NCBI GenBank assembly: GCA_039804105.1
Contig: JBDRZU010000002.1
Coordinates: 224,001-288,000, forward strand
Direction of reading: 5' to 3'
Length of the DNA stretch: 64,000 nucleotides
From: a candidate division WOR-3 bacterium
GTDB taxonomy: Bacteria; Hydrothermota; 32-111
The notes under the pieces are model-generated. The model saw only the letters and a list, made by a program, of their open reading frames with translations, ran no database searches and was not told the origin of the DNA. This document shows positions 1 through 10,087 of this stretch, in pieces. Both the position numbers and the translations under genes were made by a program. The number at the start of each line of letters is the position of its first letter. Position 1 is the stretch's first letter.

Positions 1-1586
1 GTTCCATCAGCAATGTATGCATAGAAACCATCAGTTAAAACATCGTAAGCATAACCCGATGTGTTGAAACTTCCAGTAACAAATGGTGAAGAAATGTTTG
101 ATATATCAAGTATGATGAGTCCTTCATTGTATGCCGCAACATAAGCAAAATTATCTTTTACAAAAATATCATATATTGGGAAAGAAAATTTATATTCTCC
201 AACCTTTGAAATATTGTTTAAATCTGAAAGATCATATATAAAAACACCGGAATCATAATCTGCAACATAAAGATAGTTATTCTCTAAATAAATTCCATTA
301 GAATTTGATACAGGGGGTATGTATGCAATCTGAACAGGATTTGATGAATCAGCAATATTTAAAATATAAACACCCGAATAGCCAGCTGACAAAAAAAGTA
401 AGGTATCAGCGAGATTCATTTCAATAATATTTGAAGGTAGAATAAACTCTGAAATATATTTCATATTCGATGGATCCGAAATATCATAAACCTTCAAACC
501 ATCATTTCTTCTCGATAAAAACCCAATATTCCCTCTGACTTTAACTTCATTCACTTCATCAAAGGTAAAATATGAGTAAGTTTCAATGGGATCGTTTACA
601 TCAGAAATATTTATGACTCTGATGCCACCATTGTATGTTGATATGAAAGCAAAAGTGTTAATTACAAATGATCTGTAAAAAGAAATATTATTATTTGAGG
701 GTAATGAAAATCCTATTTCTTTAAAATCTGATGGGTCAGATATATCAATTATCCTAAGGCCCTTCAAATCTGCGCAAGCGAAAAGTGTATCACCTTTTAA
801 AACAAGATCTGTAAAAAATCCATCAGTTTCTAAAGTATCATAAAGAACAGGGTTTGTTTTATCCGAAATATCTATAACAGATAAACCTTCACCACCATTT
901 GCAAGAAAAGCATAATCACCCTTTACAACTACATCATACAACCCATCACCTTTTGTAATTGAGCCAACCAAAGCAGGGTTTGAAGGATCTGTTATATCGA
1001 AAATAAACATTCCTGAAAGCCAACCAGCTAAATATGCATAATTTCCTTCAACAAAAATTCCCATAAGAAAATTGTAAGGTATTGAGTATTCGCTAACTTT
1101 TGTTGGATTAAATGGATCAGATACATCCATAATCGTTAATCCAACTAAACTGTTCGCAAGATAAAGATAATTACCTGAAACCACCATATCAATAACTGGA
1201 GAAGTCGGATAGAATACTGAAACGAGTTTCATATCATAAGGATCAGAAATATCATATATAAAAACCTTTGCTTCCATTGTTGAAACAAGGGCATAATTCC
1301 CTGAAATGGTTATGCATTGTGGTGATTCAATAAGAATTTCATTTAAAACAACAAATTTATTCCTATCTCTTATATCAAAAGAAACAAAAGAGTTTGTAAA
1401 AAGTGCAAAAGCAAAACTATCTTTTACAAAAATATCAGTTGAGTGTTTATGGTAATACAACTTACCAAGAGATCTCATATTTAAACTGTCAACAAGAAAT
1501 TTTGAAGAATTTGCATCAAATTTCGACAATGGAAACAAAGAAAAAGATATATAAATTATAAGCGAGAACAGAAAAAATTTTTTCAT
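1..1586 (-). CDS. Secreted LVIVD-repeat (beta-propeller) protein, 3' end outside the window
   Basis: Not in the ORF track because it runs off the edge. ATG at 1586 with GGAGG upstream. Starts MKKFFLFSLIIYISFSLFP (signal peptide). Repeated units of the 'YAYIADG / L.I.DISDP..P' type; reads ...DGFYAYIADG at the window edge. Confidence 0.85.
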   Translation of the reverse strand, partial: MKKFFLFSLIIYISFSLFPLSKFDANSSKFLVDSLNMRSLGKLYYHKHSTDIFVKDSFAFALFTNSFVSFDIRDRNKFVVLNEILIESPQCITISGNYALVSTMEAKVFIYDISDPYDMKLVSVFYPTSPVIDMVVSGNYLYLANSLVGLTIMDVSDPFNPTKVSEYSIPYNFLMGIFVEGNYAYLAGWLSGMFIFDITDPSNPALVGSITKGDGLYDVVVKGDYAFLANGGEGLSVIDISDKTNPVLYDTLETDGFFTDLVLKGDTLFACADLKGLRIIDISDPSDFKEIGFSLPSNNNISFYRSFVINTFAFISTYNGGIRVINISDVNDPIETYSYFTFDEVNEVKVRGNIGFLSRRNDGLKVYDISDPSNMKYISEFILPSNIIEMNLADTLLFLSAGYSGVYILNIADSSNPVQIAYIPPVSNSNGIYLENNYLYVADYDSGVFIYDLSDLNNISKVGEYKFSFPIYDIFVKDNFAYVAAYNEGLIILDISNISSPFVTGSFNTSGYAYDVLTDGFYAYIADG

Positions 1587-1656
1587 AATACCTCCTAATT
1601 TTATTTTACGATTAACTATATTTTTTTCAATGAAAAAAAATTTTTATTATTGAAGT

Positions 1657-2130
1657 TTGTTTATTTTAGAGTATAATCACTCTGTGAATTCATATAGAAA
1701 ATCACAAAAAGAAATTCAAAGTTTTGGCATCGACAAAAAAAGCGAAAAAATAATATTCGGATTACCTTTATACCACATCTCTTTTGGTATAGATGAAAAC
1801 AAAAAGATAAGAAAAGCAAGAGGATTTTTTGCTTTAGGTCAATATGCTTCTGGTTATATAGTTGTTGCACAATTCGGCTATGCATACCTTTTCGGTTTAG
1901 GACAATTTATCACAGCACCAATCTCAATTGGTCAATTTTCATTTGGATTATTATCTGTTGGACAATTCGCTATTGGTGTTATTTCGATAGGACAAATAGC
2001 TTTTGGTCTTTATTCAATTGGGTTAACTGCGATTGGGAAATATGTATATTCAAATATTAGAAAAGACCATGAAGTGATAGAATTATTTTCAAGCATGGTT
2101 AAATTTTTAAAACTACTGGTAAAATTCTAA
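1657..2130 (+). CDS. Hypothetical membrane-associated protein with ~10-aa Gly-rich GQF/GQI repeats
   Basis: 157-aa ORF with TTG start; ARGFFALGQYASG...GLGQF..SIGQF..SVGQF..SIGQI..SIG periodicity. Confidence 0.7.
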   Translation: MFILEYNHSVNSYRKSQKEIQSFGIDKKSEKIIFGLPLYHISFGIDENKKIRKARGFFALGQYASGYIVVAQFGYAYLFGLGQFITAPISIGQFSFGLLSVGQFAIGVISIGQIAFGLYSIGLTAIGKYVYSNIRKDHEVIELFSSMVKFLKLLVKF

Positions 2131-3194
2131 ATAGATTCTCTTATTCTTTTCATCAACCTGATGTAATAGTTTATATTGTGTTCTGTTGCTAAAATACCTG
2201 CAAGCATTTCTTCTGCCTTAAAAAGATGATGTAGATAAGCTCTTGAATAGTTTTTACAAAGATGGCAATTGCATCCACTCTCAACAGGTGAAAAATCATG
2301 TTTATATTTTGCATTTTTTATTAAAATTTTTCCCTTTTCAGTAAAGAGAGCACCATTTCTTGCATTTCTTGTTGGAACAACACAATCAAAAATATCAAAT
2401 CCATTTTCAACTGCATAAACAATATCATCCTCTTCTCCTACACCCATAAGATATCTTGGTTTATCTTCTGGCATTATTGATTGACCCATATCGATAACTT
2501 TTCTTATATATTCTTTTGATTCACCTATAGCAACACCACCCATAGCGTAACCATCAAAACCAATTTCCTGAAGTTTTTCTGAACAATAGTTTCTAAGGTT
2601 TTCAAAAATAGACCCCTGTATTATTCCAAATTGATATTGTTTATACCCATAAAGAGGAGTTGTTTTAAAAAATTGTTCTCTTGCTCTTTTTGCCCAATCG
2701 AGTGTTCTTTTAACTGAATGTTTTGCATATTCATAAGTTACAGGGAATTCCATACATTCATCGAGAACCATCATAATGTCGGTTCCAAGAACCCTTTGCA
2801 TATCAACATTGTTTTCAGGTGTAAACTCATGGTATGAACCGTCAATATGTGATTGAAAGACAACTCCATTATCCTTAAATTTTCTCAACTTTGAAAGTGA
2901 AAATATTTGAAATCCTCCAGAATCTGAAAACAATGTTCTTTCCCATCCCATAAACTTATGTATCCCACCCGCTTCTTTTATTATTTCGAGACCTGGTCTG
3001 AGATAAAGATGGTATGTATTTGTGATCAAAAATTGAACTCCCCAATCGATAAGATCTTTTGCCGACATCGCCTTCACACTCGCCTGAGTGGCAACAAACA
3101 TCAAATTGGGGGTCTCAACAACTCCATGTGAAGTTTTTAAAAGTCCCAACCGTTTTTTACCATTTCTTTTTTTTATTTCAAACAACTCACTCAT
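2127..3194 (-). CDS. tgt: tRNA-guanine transglycosylase (queuine tRNA-ribosyltransferase)
   Basis: NTYHL, DSGGFQ, DCVVPTR and Zn site CNCHLC...H; next to queA. Confidence 0.97.
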   Translation of the reverse strand: MSELFEIKKRNGKKRLGLLKTSHGVVETPNLMFVATQASVKAMSAKDLIDWGVQFLITNTYHLYLRPGLEIIKEAGGIHKFMGWERTLFSDSGGFQIFSLSKLRKFKDNGVVFQSHIDGSYHEFTPENNVDMQRVLGTDIMMVLDECMEFPVTYEYAKHSVKRTLDWAKRAREQFFKTTPLYGYKQYQFGIIQGSIFENLRNYCSEKLQEIGFDGYAMGGVAIGESKEYIRKVIDMGQSIMPEDKPRYLMGVGEEDDIVYAVENGFDIFDCVVPTRNARNGALFTEKGKILIKNAKYKHDFSPVESGCNCHLCKNYSRAYLHHLFKAEEMLAGILATEHNINYYIRLMKRIRESI

Positions 3195-4213
3195 AATATC
3201 ACCATAGCATCACCATAAGAGAAAAATCTAAATTTTTTTTCTATAGCAAACTTATACGATTCAAGAATAAGATCTCTACCAGCAAAAGCTGAAACAAGCA
3301 TAAACAGAGTAGATTTTGGAAGATGGAAATTTGTTATGAGTATATCTGTAGATTTTATTTCGTAGGGAGGGTATATAAAAATATCTGTAAAACCTTTTTT
3401 AGGTAAGAATTTTTCTCCATCAAAACTCGTTTCAAGAGTTCTTAAACTTGTGGTTCCAACAGCAACGATTTTTCTTTTCTTTTTCTTCGAATCATTCAGT
3501 ATGTTCACAACTTCTTCGTTTATTTCAATATATTCACTATGCATTTTATGTTTTCTTATATCTTCAACTTTAACCGGTTGAAAAGTCCCCAAACCTATAT
3601 GTAAAAGAATATCAACTATTTCAATACCTTTGTTTTTCAACGAGTTCAAAATTTCGTCTGTAAAATGTAAACCTGCAGTTGGAGCAGCAGATGAACCGAG
3701 TGTTTTAGCATAACATGTTTGATAATTAAAAATATCATCCTTTTCATCTTTCCTTTTAATATATGGTGGTAATGGAACATGTCCATATTTTTCAAAAAAC
3801 AGATCTTTATCTTCAAACGGTATTTTAATCTTATACTCTTCATTTTCCTTTGATTCTATCTCAATAAAGAGGTTATCATCTAAAAAAATCTTTTCTTTTT
3901 CTTTCAATTTTTTTCTTGTTTTTATAATTGCTTTGAAAATTTTTCCCTGAGAGAATGGTTCTGTTATAAGGATTTCAACTTTACCACCTGTTTCTTTTTT
4001 TCCAAAAATTCTTGCTTTTGCAACCTTTGTTATGTTTCTTACAAGAATTGAATTCGGTGGGATTATATTGGTTATATCTGAAAAATTTTTTTCAAAAAAA
4101 TTTTTTCTATTCCTATCAACAACAAGTAATCTACTTTTTCCCTTTTCAGGAGGATGAAAAGCGATAAGTTCTTTTGGCAACTGAAAGTCATAATCAGAGA
4201 TATTAAAACTCAT
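3191..4213 (-). CDS. queA: S-adenosylmethionine:tRNA ribosyltransferase-isomerase
   Basis: PLPPYIKR, AAPTAGLHF, VGTTSLR, TNFHLP and FFSYGDAM motifs. Confidence 0.97.
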   Translation of the reverse strand: MSFNISDYDFQLPKELIAFHPPEKGKSRLLVVDRNRKNFFEKNFSDITNIIPPNSILVRNITKVAKARIFGKKETGGKVEILITEPFSQGKIFKAIIKTRKKLKEKEKIFLDDNLFIEIESKENEEYKIKIPFEDKDLFFEKYGHVPLPPYIKRKDEKDDIFNYQTCYAKTLGSSAAPTAGLHFTDEILNSLKNKGIEIVDILLHIGLGTFQPVKVEDIRKHKMHSEYIEINEEVVNILNDSKKKKRKIVAVGTTSLRTLETSFDGEKFLPKKGFTDIFIYPPYEIKSTDILITNFHLPKSTLFMLVSAFAGRDLILESYKFAIEKKFRFFSYGDAMVIL

Positions 4214-4422
4214 CTTTTGAAGATTTTTAGAACAATGTTTAAAATTATTGTTAAGATTATAGACACCAATATCGATGTTCCAAGTGGAAAATAAAATTTA
4301 AAGTTTTCCTTTTCTATTTTAAAATCTAAAGGATTTTTAAAATTTATTTTTTCAAAAATAAAAAATATAATTCCTGTTATCAAAAAGAAAAAGGATAACA
4401 AGAAAAGGATTCTATATATCAA
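4210..4422 (-). CDS. Small membrane protein, DUF2905-like
   Basis: Two hydrophobic segments with 'PLDF.I...[15 protein letters not shown]'; usual position between ruvB and queA. Start moved to TTG 4422, after GGAGG. Confidence 0.75.
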   Translation of the reverse strand: MIYRILFLLSFFFLITGIIFFIFEKINFKNPLDFKIEKENFKFYFPLGTSILVSIILTIILNIVLKIFKR

Positions 4423-5425
4423 AGAGTCCTCCTTCATACTTGAATCCAAGATGTTCAAAAGCCAATTTTGTTGCAACTCTTCCCCTTTGTGTCCTCTTCA
4501 ACAATCCTTTCATAATCAAAAATGGTTCGTAGACCTCTTCAAGAGTTTCAGCAGTTTCTCCAACAGATATTGCAAGAGTTGATATACCTACAGGACCTCC
4601 ACTGTATTTTTCAATTATCGTTTTTAATATTGTAACACTCAGTTCATCCAAACCGAGTTCATCAACATCAAACATTTTCATAGCACTTATAACAGTTTCT
4701 TTATCAATAATACCTTTACTTTTGACGATAGCAAAATCTCTTACTCTTTTTAAAAGTCTATTAGCTATTCTTGGAGTTCCTCTTGATCTTTTCGCTATCT
4801 CTGATAGCCCCTCATCGTTTGAATTTATTCCCAATATCTTTGCTGATCTTTTCAATATATTCTTCAAGTCATCATCAGTATAAAAATCAAGCCTATGGCT
4901 CATTCCAAATCTTGATCTTAACGGTGAAGTTAAAAGTCCACTCCTTGTCGTTGCACCTATAAGAGTAAAGGGTTTTATCTTTATCTTTATGCTCCTTGCC
5001 GAAGGTCCAGAATCAAGCATTATATCAAGGACAAAATCTTCCATCGCAGGATAAAGATACTCTTCCACTACTCTATTCACACGGTGTATCTCATCTATGA
5101 ATAGAACATCTCCCTTCTCAAGTTTTGTTAGAATTCCCGCAAGATCTCCTGGTCTTTCAAGTATTGGACCACTTGTTGAATATATCTTTACACCAAGTTC
5201 GTTTGCTATAATATAGGACAAAGTTGTCTTTCCAAGTCCAGGAGGTCCAAAAAAGAGTATATGATCCAAAACATCGTTTCTTATTTTTGCTGACTCTATA
5301 GAAATTTTAAGATTTTCCTTTAATTTCTCCTGTCCAATAAATGAATCAAGGATTTTTGGCCTTAAACTTTCCTCAATCTCGTTATCTTCATTCAACCTAT
5401 CAGAAGAGATTATCTCTTTATTCAT
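4412..5425 (-). CDS. ruvB: Holliday junction branch-migration ATPase RuvB
   Basis: [21 protein letters not shown] and [11 protein letters not shown] motifs. Confidence 0.98.
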   Translation of the reverse strand: MNKEIISSDRLNEDNEIEESLRPKILDSFIGQEKLKENLKISIESAKIRNDVLDHILFFGPPGLGKTTLSYIIANELGVKIYSTSGPILERPGDLAGILTKLEKGDVLFIDEIHRVNRVVEEYLYPAMEDFVLDIMLDSGPSARSIKIKIKPFTLIGATTRSGLLTSPLRSRFGMSHRLDFYTDDDLKNILKRSAKILGINSNDEGLSEIAKRSRGTPRIANRLLKRVRDFAIVKSKGIIDKETVISAMKMFDVDELGLDELSVTILKTIIEKYSGGPVGISTLAISVGETAETLEEVYEPFLIMKGLLKRTQRGRVATKLAFEHLGFKYEGGLFDI

Positions 5426-5982
5426 CCTAACCTCTTTAGAACTTCTTTAATTATTTCCTCAACATTCTCCGAATCACCAACATTTTTTAAAACATCATTT
5501 AAAACGGGAGATATATCTTTATCAGAAAACCCAAGTGATTTTAGTGCATCGTAAGCATCTTTTGCTATACCTTTTTTATCAAAAGAAATTTTTCCTGAAA
5601 GTTCAAGAATTATTGATTCTGCGAGTTTCTTACTCACATTTTTTGCTCTTGCAAGAATTTTAGGATCAGAGTTATTAACAGCATTTTCAAACTCTTCAAC
5701 AGAAAGAGTATTGAATATTGATATTGCTGTTTTTGGACCGATTTTTGGAATTTCAATCAATTTTAAAAACATATCCCTTTCTTTAGAAGAGGAAAAACCA
5801 AAAATTTCAAACTCTTCATTTTTCAACGAAAGATATGTAAAAATTTTAACCTCTTTACCAATATCAGGGAGAGATGAAAATGTTGTAAAAGATACCCTTA
5901 ATTTGTATCCTACCCCATTATTTTCAACGACGATGAACGGAAGTATTTTTTCAGTTAAAATTCCTTTAATGTACCAGTTCAT
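5422..5982 (-). CDS. ruvA: Holliday junction DNA-binding protein RuvA
   Basis: NGVGY N-terminal motif, HhH 'IPKIGPKTA', C-terminal 'ALKSLGF'; lies between ruvC and ruvB. Confidence 0.95.
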   Translation of the reverse strand: MNWYIKGILTEKILPFIVVENNGVGYKLRVSFTTFSSLPDIGKEVKIFTYLSLKNEEFEIFGFSSSKERDMFLKLIEIPKIGPKTAISIFNTLSVEEFENAVNNSDPKILARAKNVSKKLAESIILELSGKISFDKKGIAKDAYDALKSLGFSDKDISPVLNDVLKNVGDSENVEEIIKEVLKRLG

Positions 5983-6439
5983 AATCCTTTCTATTCAAAA
6001 AAGTATAAGTGACAGCAAGTGCATCTGAAACATCGTAAGGTAAATCTTTTTCTATTTTGAAAATATACTTTACCATAAATTGAACCTGTTCTTTTGTTGA
6101 ATGTCCCTTACCGGTAATAGACTTTTTTATGAGATTTGGAGAAAAGAATCTAATCTTTATCCCATTTTTTACACACGATACTATCAAGGCAGAACGAACC
6201 ATAGAGAGTATTGAAGTTGTTTTTACATTCTTATGGTAAAAAGATTCTTCAAAAACAGCAAAATCAGGTTGAAACTTTTGGAGAATAGAGTCGGACTCAA
6301 AAAATATTTCATACAACCTGTTTTCCAATTTTTCTTCAGAATCTGTTTTAATAATTCCTGCTGTTATGATTTTAAAAGTATCGTTTACTATCGCATAACC
6401 TGTCTGTTTTAAACTTGGATCAAATCCAATAACTTTCAC
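5966..6439 (-). CDS. ruvC: Crossover junction endodeoxyribonuclease RuvC
   Basis: GFDPS..TGY, KKSITGKG..TKEQV and D..DALA motifs. Confidence 0.95.
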   Translation of the reverse strand: MKVIGFDPSLKQTGYAIVNDTFKIITAGIIKTDSEEKLENRLYEIFFESDSILQKFQPDFAVFEESFYHKNVKTTSILSMVRSALIVSCVKNGIKIRFFSPNLIKKSITGKGHSTKEQVQFMVKYIFKIEKDLPYDVSDALAVTYTFLNRKDYELVH

Positions 6440-7185
6440 TTGCTCAACTTCTCCATAAGTTCATCTGATATATCGAAGTTTGAATATACATTTTGAACAT
6501 CATCATGATCCTCAAGTGCATCTATAAGTTTTAGCATAACTGATGCATCATTTTCGTTGAGTTGGACAGTTGATTGTGCTTTTTTCGTGAGTGTCACATT
6601 TGTAGTTTCAATTTTTTTATCATCAAAAACTTTTTTAACTTTGTAAAGATCCTCAGGGGCAGTATAGACCTGAATAACATCACCCGTTGTTACCACATCC
6701 TCTCCTCCAGCATCTATAGCGATTTCCATTATATCATCGAATTTATATTTGTTTCCGTCGATTTCAATGAGTCCCTTCTTTTCAAACATCCATGACACTG
6801 AACTAACATCTCCCAACTCTTTTCCAAATCTTGTAAATATGTGTCTGAGTTCTCCAGTTGTTCTATTCTTGTTGTCTGTTACAACATCTATTAGTATAGC
6901 TGCTCCACCTGGACCATAACCTCCGTATACAACCTCTTCATATGTTGTTCCAGGTAATTCTCCTGTCCCTTTTTTTATCGCTCTATCAATATTATCAGCA
7001 GGCATATTCGCTTTTTTAGCAGCAGCAATTGCAGCCCTCAATCTTGCGTTCAGTTCAGGATCTCCACCACCCTCTCTTGCAGCAAGTGTTATTTCTTTTA
7101 TAAGTTTTGTAAAGATTTGACCTCTTTTGTTATCCTCTACTGCTTTTTTCCTTCTTATCGTACTCCACTTATTATGTCCTGACAT
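6436..7185 (-). CDS. yebC: YebC/PmpR family protein
   Basis: MSGHNKWS start, GYGPGG, TDNKNRT and DDVQNVY motifs. Confidence 0.96.
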   Translation of the reverse strand: MSGHNKWSTIRRKKAVEDNKRGQIFTKLIKEITLAAREGGGDPELNARLRAAIAAAKKANMPADNIDRAIKKGTGELPGTTYEEVVYGGYGPGGAAILIDVVTDNKNRTTGELRHIFTRFGKELGDVSSVSWMFEKKGLIEIDGNKYKFDDIMEIAIDAGGEDVVTTGDVIQVYTAPEDLYKVKKVFDDKKIETTNVTLTKKAQSTVQLNENDASVMLKLIDALEDHDDVQNVYSNFDISDELMEKLSK

Positions 7186-7194
7186 ATATCCTCC

Positions 7195-7749
7195 TTATCT
7201 TTTTCCACCTGGTCTTATTAAAATTTCTTTCTTTTCACATAAAGGACAATTTTCTGGAACATAGGTTTTCGCCTCAACCTTCATTCCATAAAACAATGGA
7301 TATTCAAAAGTGATATTATCACTTCTATCGATAAGAACCGCTATCGAAAGAATGTTGCCTTTAAAACCTTTAACAGCATCTATCATTTGATTGATCGATT
7401 TTCCGGTTGTTAAAACATCATCAACGAGAAGGATTCGATCGTTTGGAGTTATTGGAGTATCTCTAAAGAGTCCAAGTTTGTCATCCCTTTTTTCAAGATA
7501 TGCTGCTTTACATTTCAACTGTCTTGCAAACTCATACGAAACAACGATACCTCCAACAACAGGGCCTAAAACATAATCAAAATCTTTACCTTTTAATTTT
7601 TTTACAACAGTTGAAACAAGTTCAGATAACAACTTGGGATTTTCAAGAATTCTGAACTTTTCAAAATATGTGTCTGAATGAAGCCCGCTTGTTAAAAGAA
7701 AATGACCTTTTAAAACAACCTTTTCCTTCTCAAGTGTTTTTAAGTCCAT
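7195..7749 (-). CDS. pyrE: Orotate phosphoribosyltransferase
   Basis: GHFLLTSGLHS and PRPP motif LLVDDVLTTG; in the pyr cluster. Confidence 0.95.
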   Translation of the reverse strand: MDLKTLEKEKVVLKGHFLLTSGLHSDTYFEKFRILENPKLLSELVSTVVKKLKGKDFDYVLGPVVGGIVVSYEFARQLKCKAAYLEKRDDKLGLFRDTPITPNDRILLVDDVLTTGKSINQMIDAVKGFKGNILSIAVLIDRSDNITFEYPLFYGMKVEAKTYVPENCPLCEKKEILIRPGGKR

Positions 7750-8461
7750 CTTTTATCTCCCGTATAATATTTTTTACAACCTTTTTAGGATTATCAGATG
7801 CTGTAACCGGTCTTCCGACAACTATATAATCAGCACCATCTTTTATCGCATCATAAGGTGTAGCACTCCTCTGTTGGTCATTTTTTTCAGAACCCTTTGG
7901 TCTAATACCAGGAGTCAAAATCAAAAGTTCATTTCCACATTTTTTTCTTAACATTTTAACTTCAAGAGGAGAAGCAACAACTCCATCTATTCCAGCAGAT
8001 CTCGCTGCCTGAGCGAGTATCAAAACTTCTTCCTCAACACTTCTTTTTGTTGCTCCTATAATATCCTGTAAAAAAGCACTGTCAAGAGATGTTAAAAGTG
8101 TAACAGCAAAAATTTTTGGTGTATGATTTTTTTTCTCTCTTCTCTGCCATATCAATTTTGCAACACTCTCCATCATATCAAAACCACCCATCGCATGAAT
8201 AGTCAACATATCAACTCCATGTTCTAAAACAGAAGAGACAGCACCTACAACAGTGTTTGGGATATCGTGGAATTTAAGGTCTAAAAATATTTTTTTGTTT
8301 CTTTTTTTCAACATATTCAAAGATCTATAACCCTCTTTTGTAAAAAGTTGAAGACCAACTTTATATGTTGTTACATCATCTTCAAGAAGATCTACAAGTT
8401 TTTCCGCTTTTTTTAAAGAATCAAAATCGAGTGCTATTATAAGTCGATCTTTAGGATTCAT
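7730..8461 (-). CDS. pyrF: Orotidine-5'-phosphate decarboxylase
   Basis: FLDLKFHDIPNTV, TPGIR and VVGRP motifs. Confidence 0.97.
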   Translation of the reverse strand: MNPKDRLIIALDFDSLKKAEKLVDLLEDDVTTYKVGLQLFTKEGYRSLNMLKKRNKKIFLDLKFHDIPNTVVGAVSSVLEHGVDMLTIHAMGGFDMMESVAKLIWQRREKKNHTPKIFAVTLLTSLDSAFLQDIIGATKRSVEEEVLILAQAARSAGIDGVVASPLEVKMLRKKCGNELLILTPGIRPKGSEKNDQQRSATPYDAIKDGADYIVVGRPVTASDNPKKVVKNIIREIKDGLKNT

Positions 8462-9375
8462 AATCTCTCCTTGATACTACCTATAATCTCTTTAACACTT
8501 TTAATACGTTTTGTTTTCAGATACTTTTCAAGATCAATCGAAAGTTTTTCAAGAATATCAGGTTTTACTAAAACTCCACTTCCTACCTGAACAGCGGTCG
8601 CCCCAACGATCAAAAATTCAAGCAAATCATCCAAAGTTGTAATTCCACCTATTCCTATAACAGGAATTTTAACAGATTTAACCATTTTGTAAACATTGAA
8701 AAGAGATAACGGTTTAATAGCTGGTCCTGAAAAACCTGCCTGAATATTTTTAAAAACAAACTCTCTTTTTTCTATATCTACAGATGTGCCAATATATGTA
8801 TTTGTAAAACTTATCCCATCGAACCCTTCACTTTCTGCAAATTTTGCAATTTCAAATGATTCGCTATAAGAAGGAGATAATTTTAAAAGTAATGTTTTTT
8901 CAGTTAAACCTCGAATATTTTTCAAAAGTTTTTTAGAATCATCAAAATTGGAATTAAAATTTATCTTCTTGTTAGTAATGTTTGGACAGGAAATATTTAC
9001 CTCATATCCGTCAAAACCTTCATGTTTATCAAGTGATTCTATCATATTCACAAGATCATCTCTTGAAAAAGGCGCAAGGTTTAAAAATTTTACACATTTA
9101 AAATTTTTGATCTGGGGAAGAATCTTTTCTATAAAATAATCAACTCCATTATTTTCAAGTCCAATAGAATTCAAAATTCCACCATAGACCTCTTTGATCC
9201 TTGGAGTTTCATTTCCTATCTTTTTTTTCAATGTTATCGATTTTGTAATAAACCCACCAATTTTTTTAAAATCATTATATTTTGAAAGTTCAACTCCCCA
9301 TCCAGAGCAACCACTCGCACCTATCACTGGAGTTTTTAAAACTGTTTTTCCAATTTTAACACTTAAATCAACCAT
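8458..9375 (-). CDS. pyrD: Dihydroorotate dehydrogenase, class 1B catalytic subunit
   Basis: NSIGLEN, EVNISCPN, SGPAIKP and GIGGI motifs; likely start MVDLSVKIG at 9375. Confidence 0.93.
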   Translation of the reverse strand: MVDLSVKIGKTVLKTPVIGASGCSGWGVELSKYNDFKKIGGFITKSITLKKKIGNETPRIKEVYGGILNSIGLENNGVDYFIEKILPQIKNFKCVKFLNLAPFSRDDLVNMIESLDKHEGFDGYEVNISCPNITNKKINFNSNFDDSKKLLKNIRGLTEKTLLLKLSPSYSESFEIAKFAESEGFDGISFTNTYIGTSVDIEKREFVFKNIQAGFSGPAIKPLSLFNVYKMVKSVKIPVIGIGGITTLDDLLEFLIVGATAVQVGSGVLVKPDILEKLSIDLEKYLKTKRIKSVKEIIGSIKERL

Positions 9376-10087
9376 AAAATATCCTGTTTCCATCAAGAAT
9401 TGGACCTTCTGTACAAAGTTTTACAAAATCACCATCTTCCATCTTAACAGCACAACCATTGCAAAGGCCAACCCCACATCCCATAACTTCCTCATAGATG
9501 GCATAAAATCTTTTTTCGTTTTTAATACAATATTCTTTTATTGATTTTAACATTTCTTTTGGACCACAACCAATAATCATATCAAAATCATAATGATCTA
9601 AAAAATCTGTTGGATAACCTTTTACCTTACTCTTTTTTTCCGAGCAGTATAAACCTTTTAGAGAAAAATATTTTAAAACATTTTTGTATTCACCTTCTCT
9701 GTCTCCAAAAATAAGTTTGTAATACTTTTTCCCTTTTAAAAAGGGGATGAGTGCCGCAAGACCTATTCCTCCTCCAACAAAAAGAGTTTTCATGTAATCA
9801 ATATCTCTATCAAAACCTTTTCCAAGTGGATAGAGGATATCAACATATTCTCCTTTTTTGAGTTGGCTGATATTTTCAGTTGAACTTCCAACAATTTTGA
9901 TAAGAAAAGTTAAAGAACTTTTACCATCATTTACTATCGTAAATGGCCTTCTTAAAATTTTATCCTTAAGATCAGTTTTTATAGAACCAAATTGGCCTGG
10001 GAAAATATTCTGTTTAAAACTTTTAGATATTTCCAAAACAAACACATTCTCTGTTAAAAAAATTTTGTTTAAAACTTTTTCAATCAT
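9368..10087 (-). CDS. pyrK: Dihydroorotate dehydrogenase electron-transfer subunit
   Basis: PGQF, LRRPF, GGGIG, CGP and 2Fe-2S motif MGCGVGLCNGC...LCTEGP. Confidence 0.93.
   Translation of the reverse strand: MIEKVLNKIFLTENVFVLEISKSFKQNIFPGQFGSIKTDLKDKILRRPFTIVNDGKSSLTFLIKIVGSSTENISQLKKGEYVDILYPLGKGFDRDIDYMKTLFVGGGIGLAALIPFLKGKKYYKLIFGDREGEYKNVLKYFSLKGLYCSEKKSKVKGYPTDFLDHYDFDMIIGCGPKEMLKSIKEYCIKNEKRFYAIYEEVMGCGVGLCNGCAVKMEDGDFVKLCTEGPILDGNRIFYG

Noticed and set aside
2127..2160. tgt looks slightly short at the C-terminus
   Set aside because: All catalytic and Zn-binding motifs are present; the stop overlaps the convergent gene, consistent with tight packing rather than pseudogenisation.
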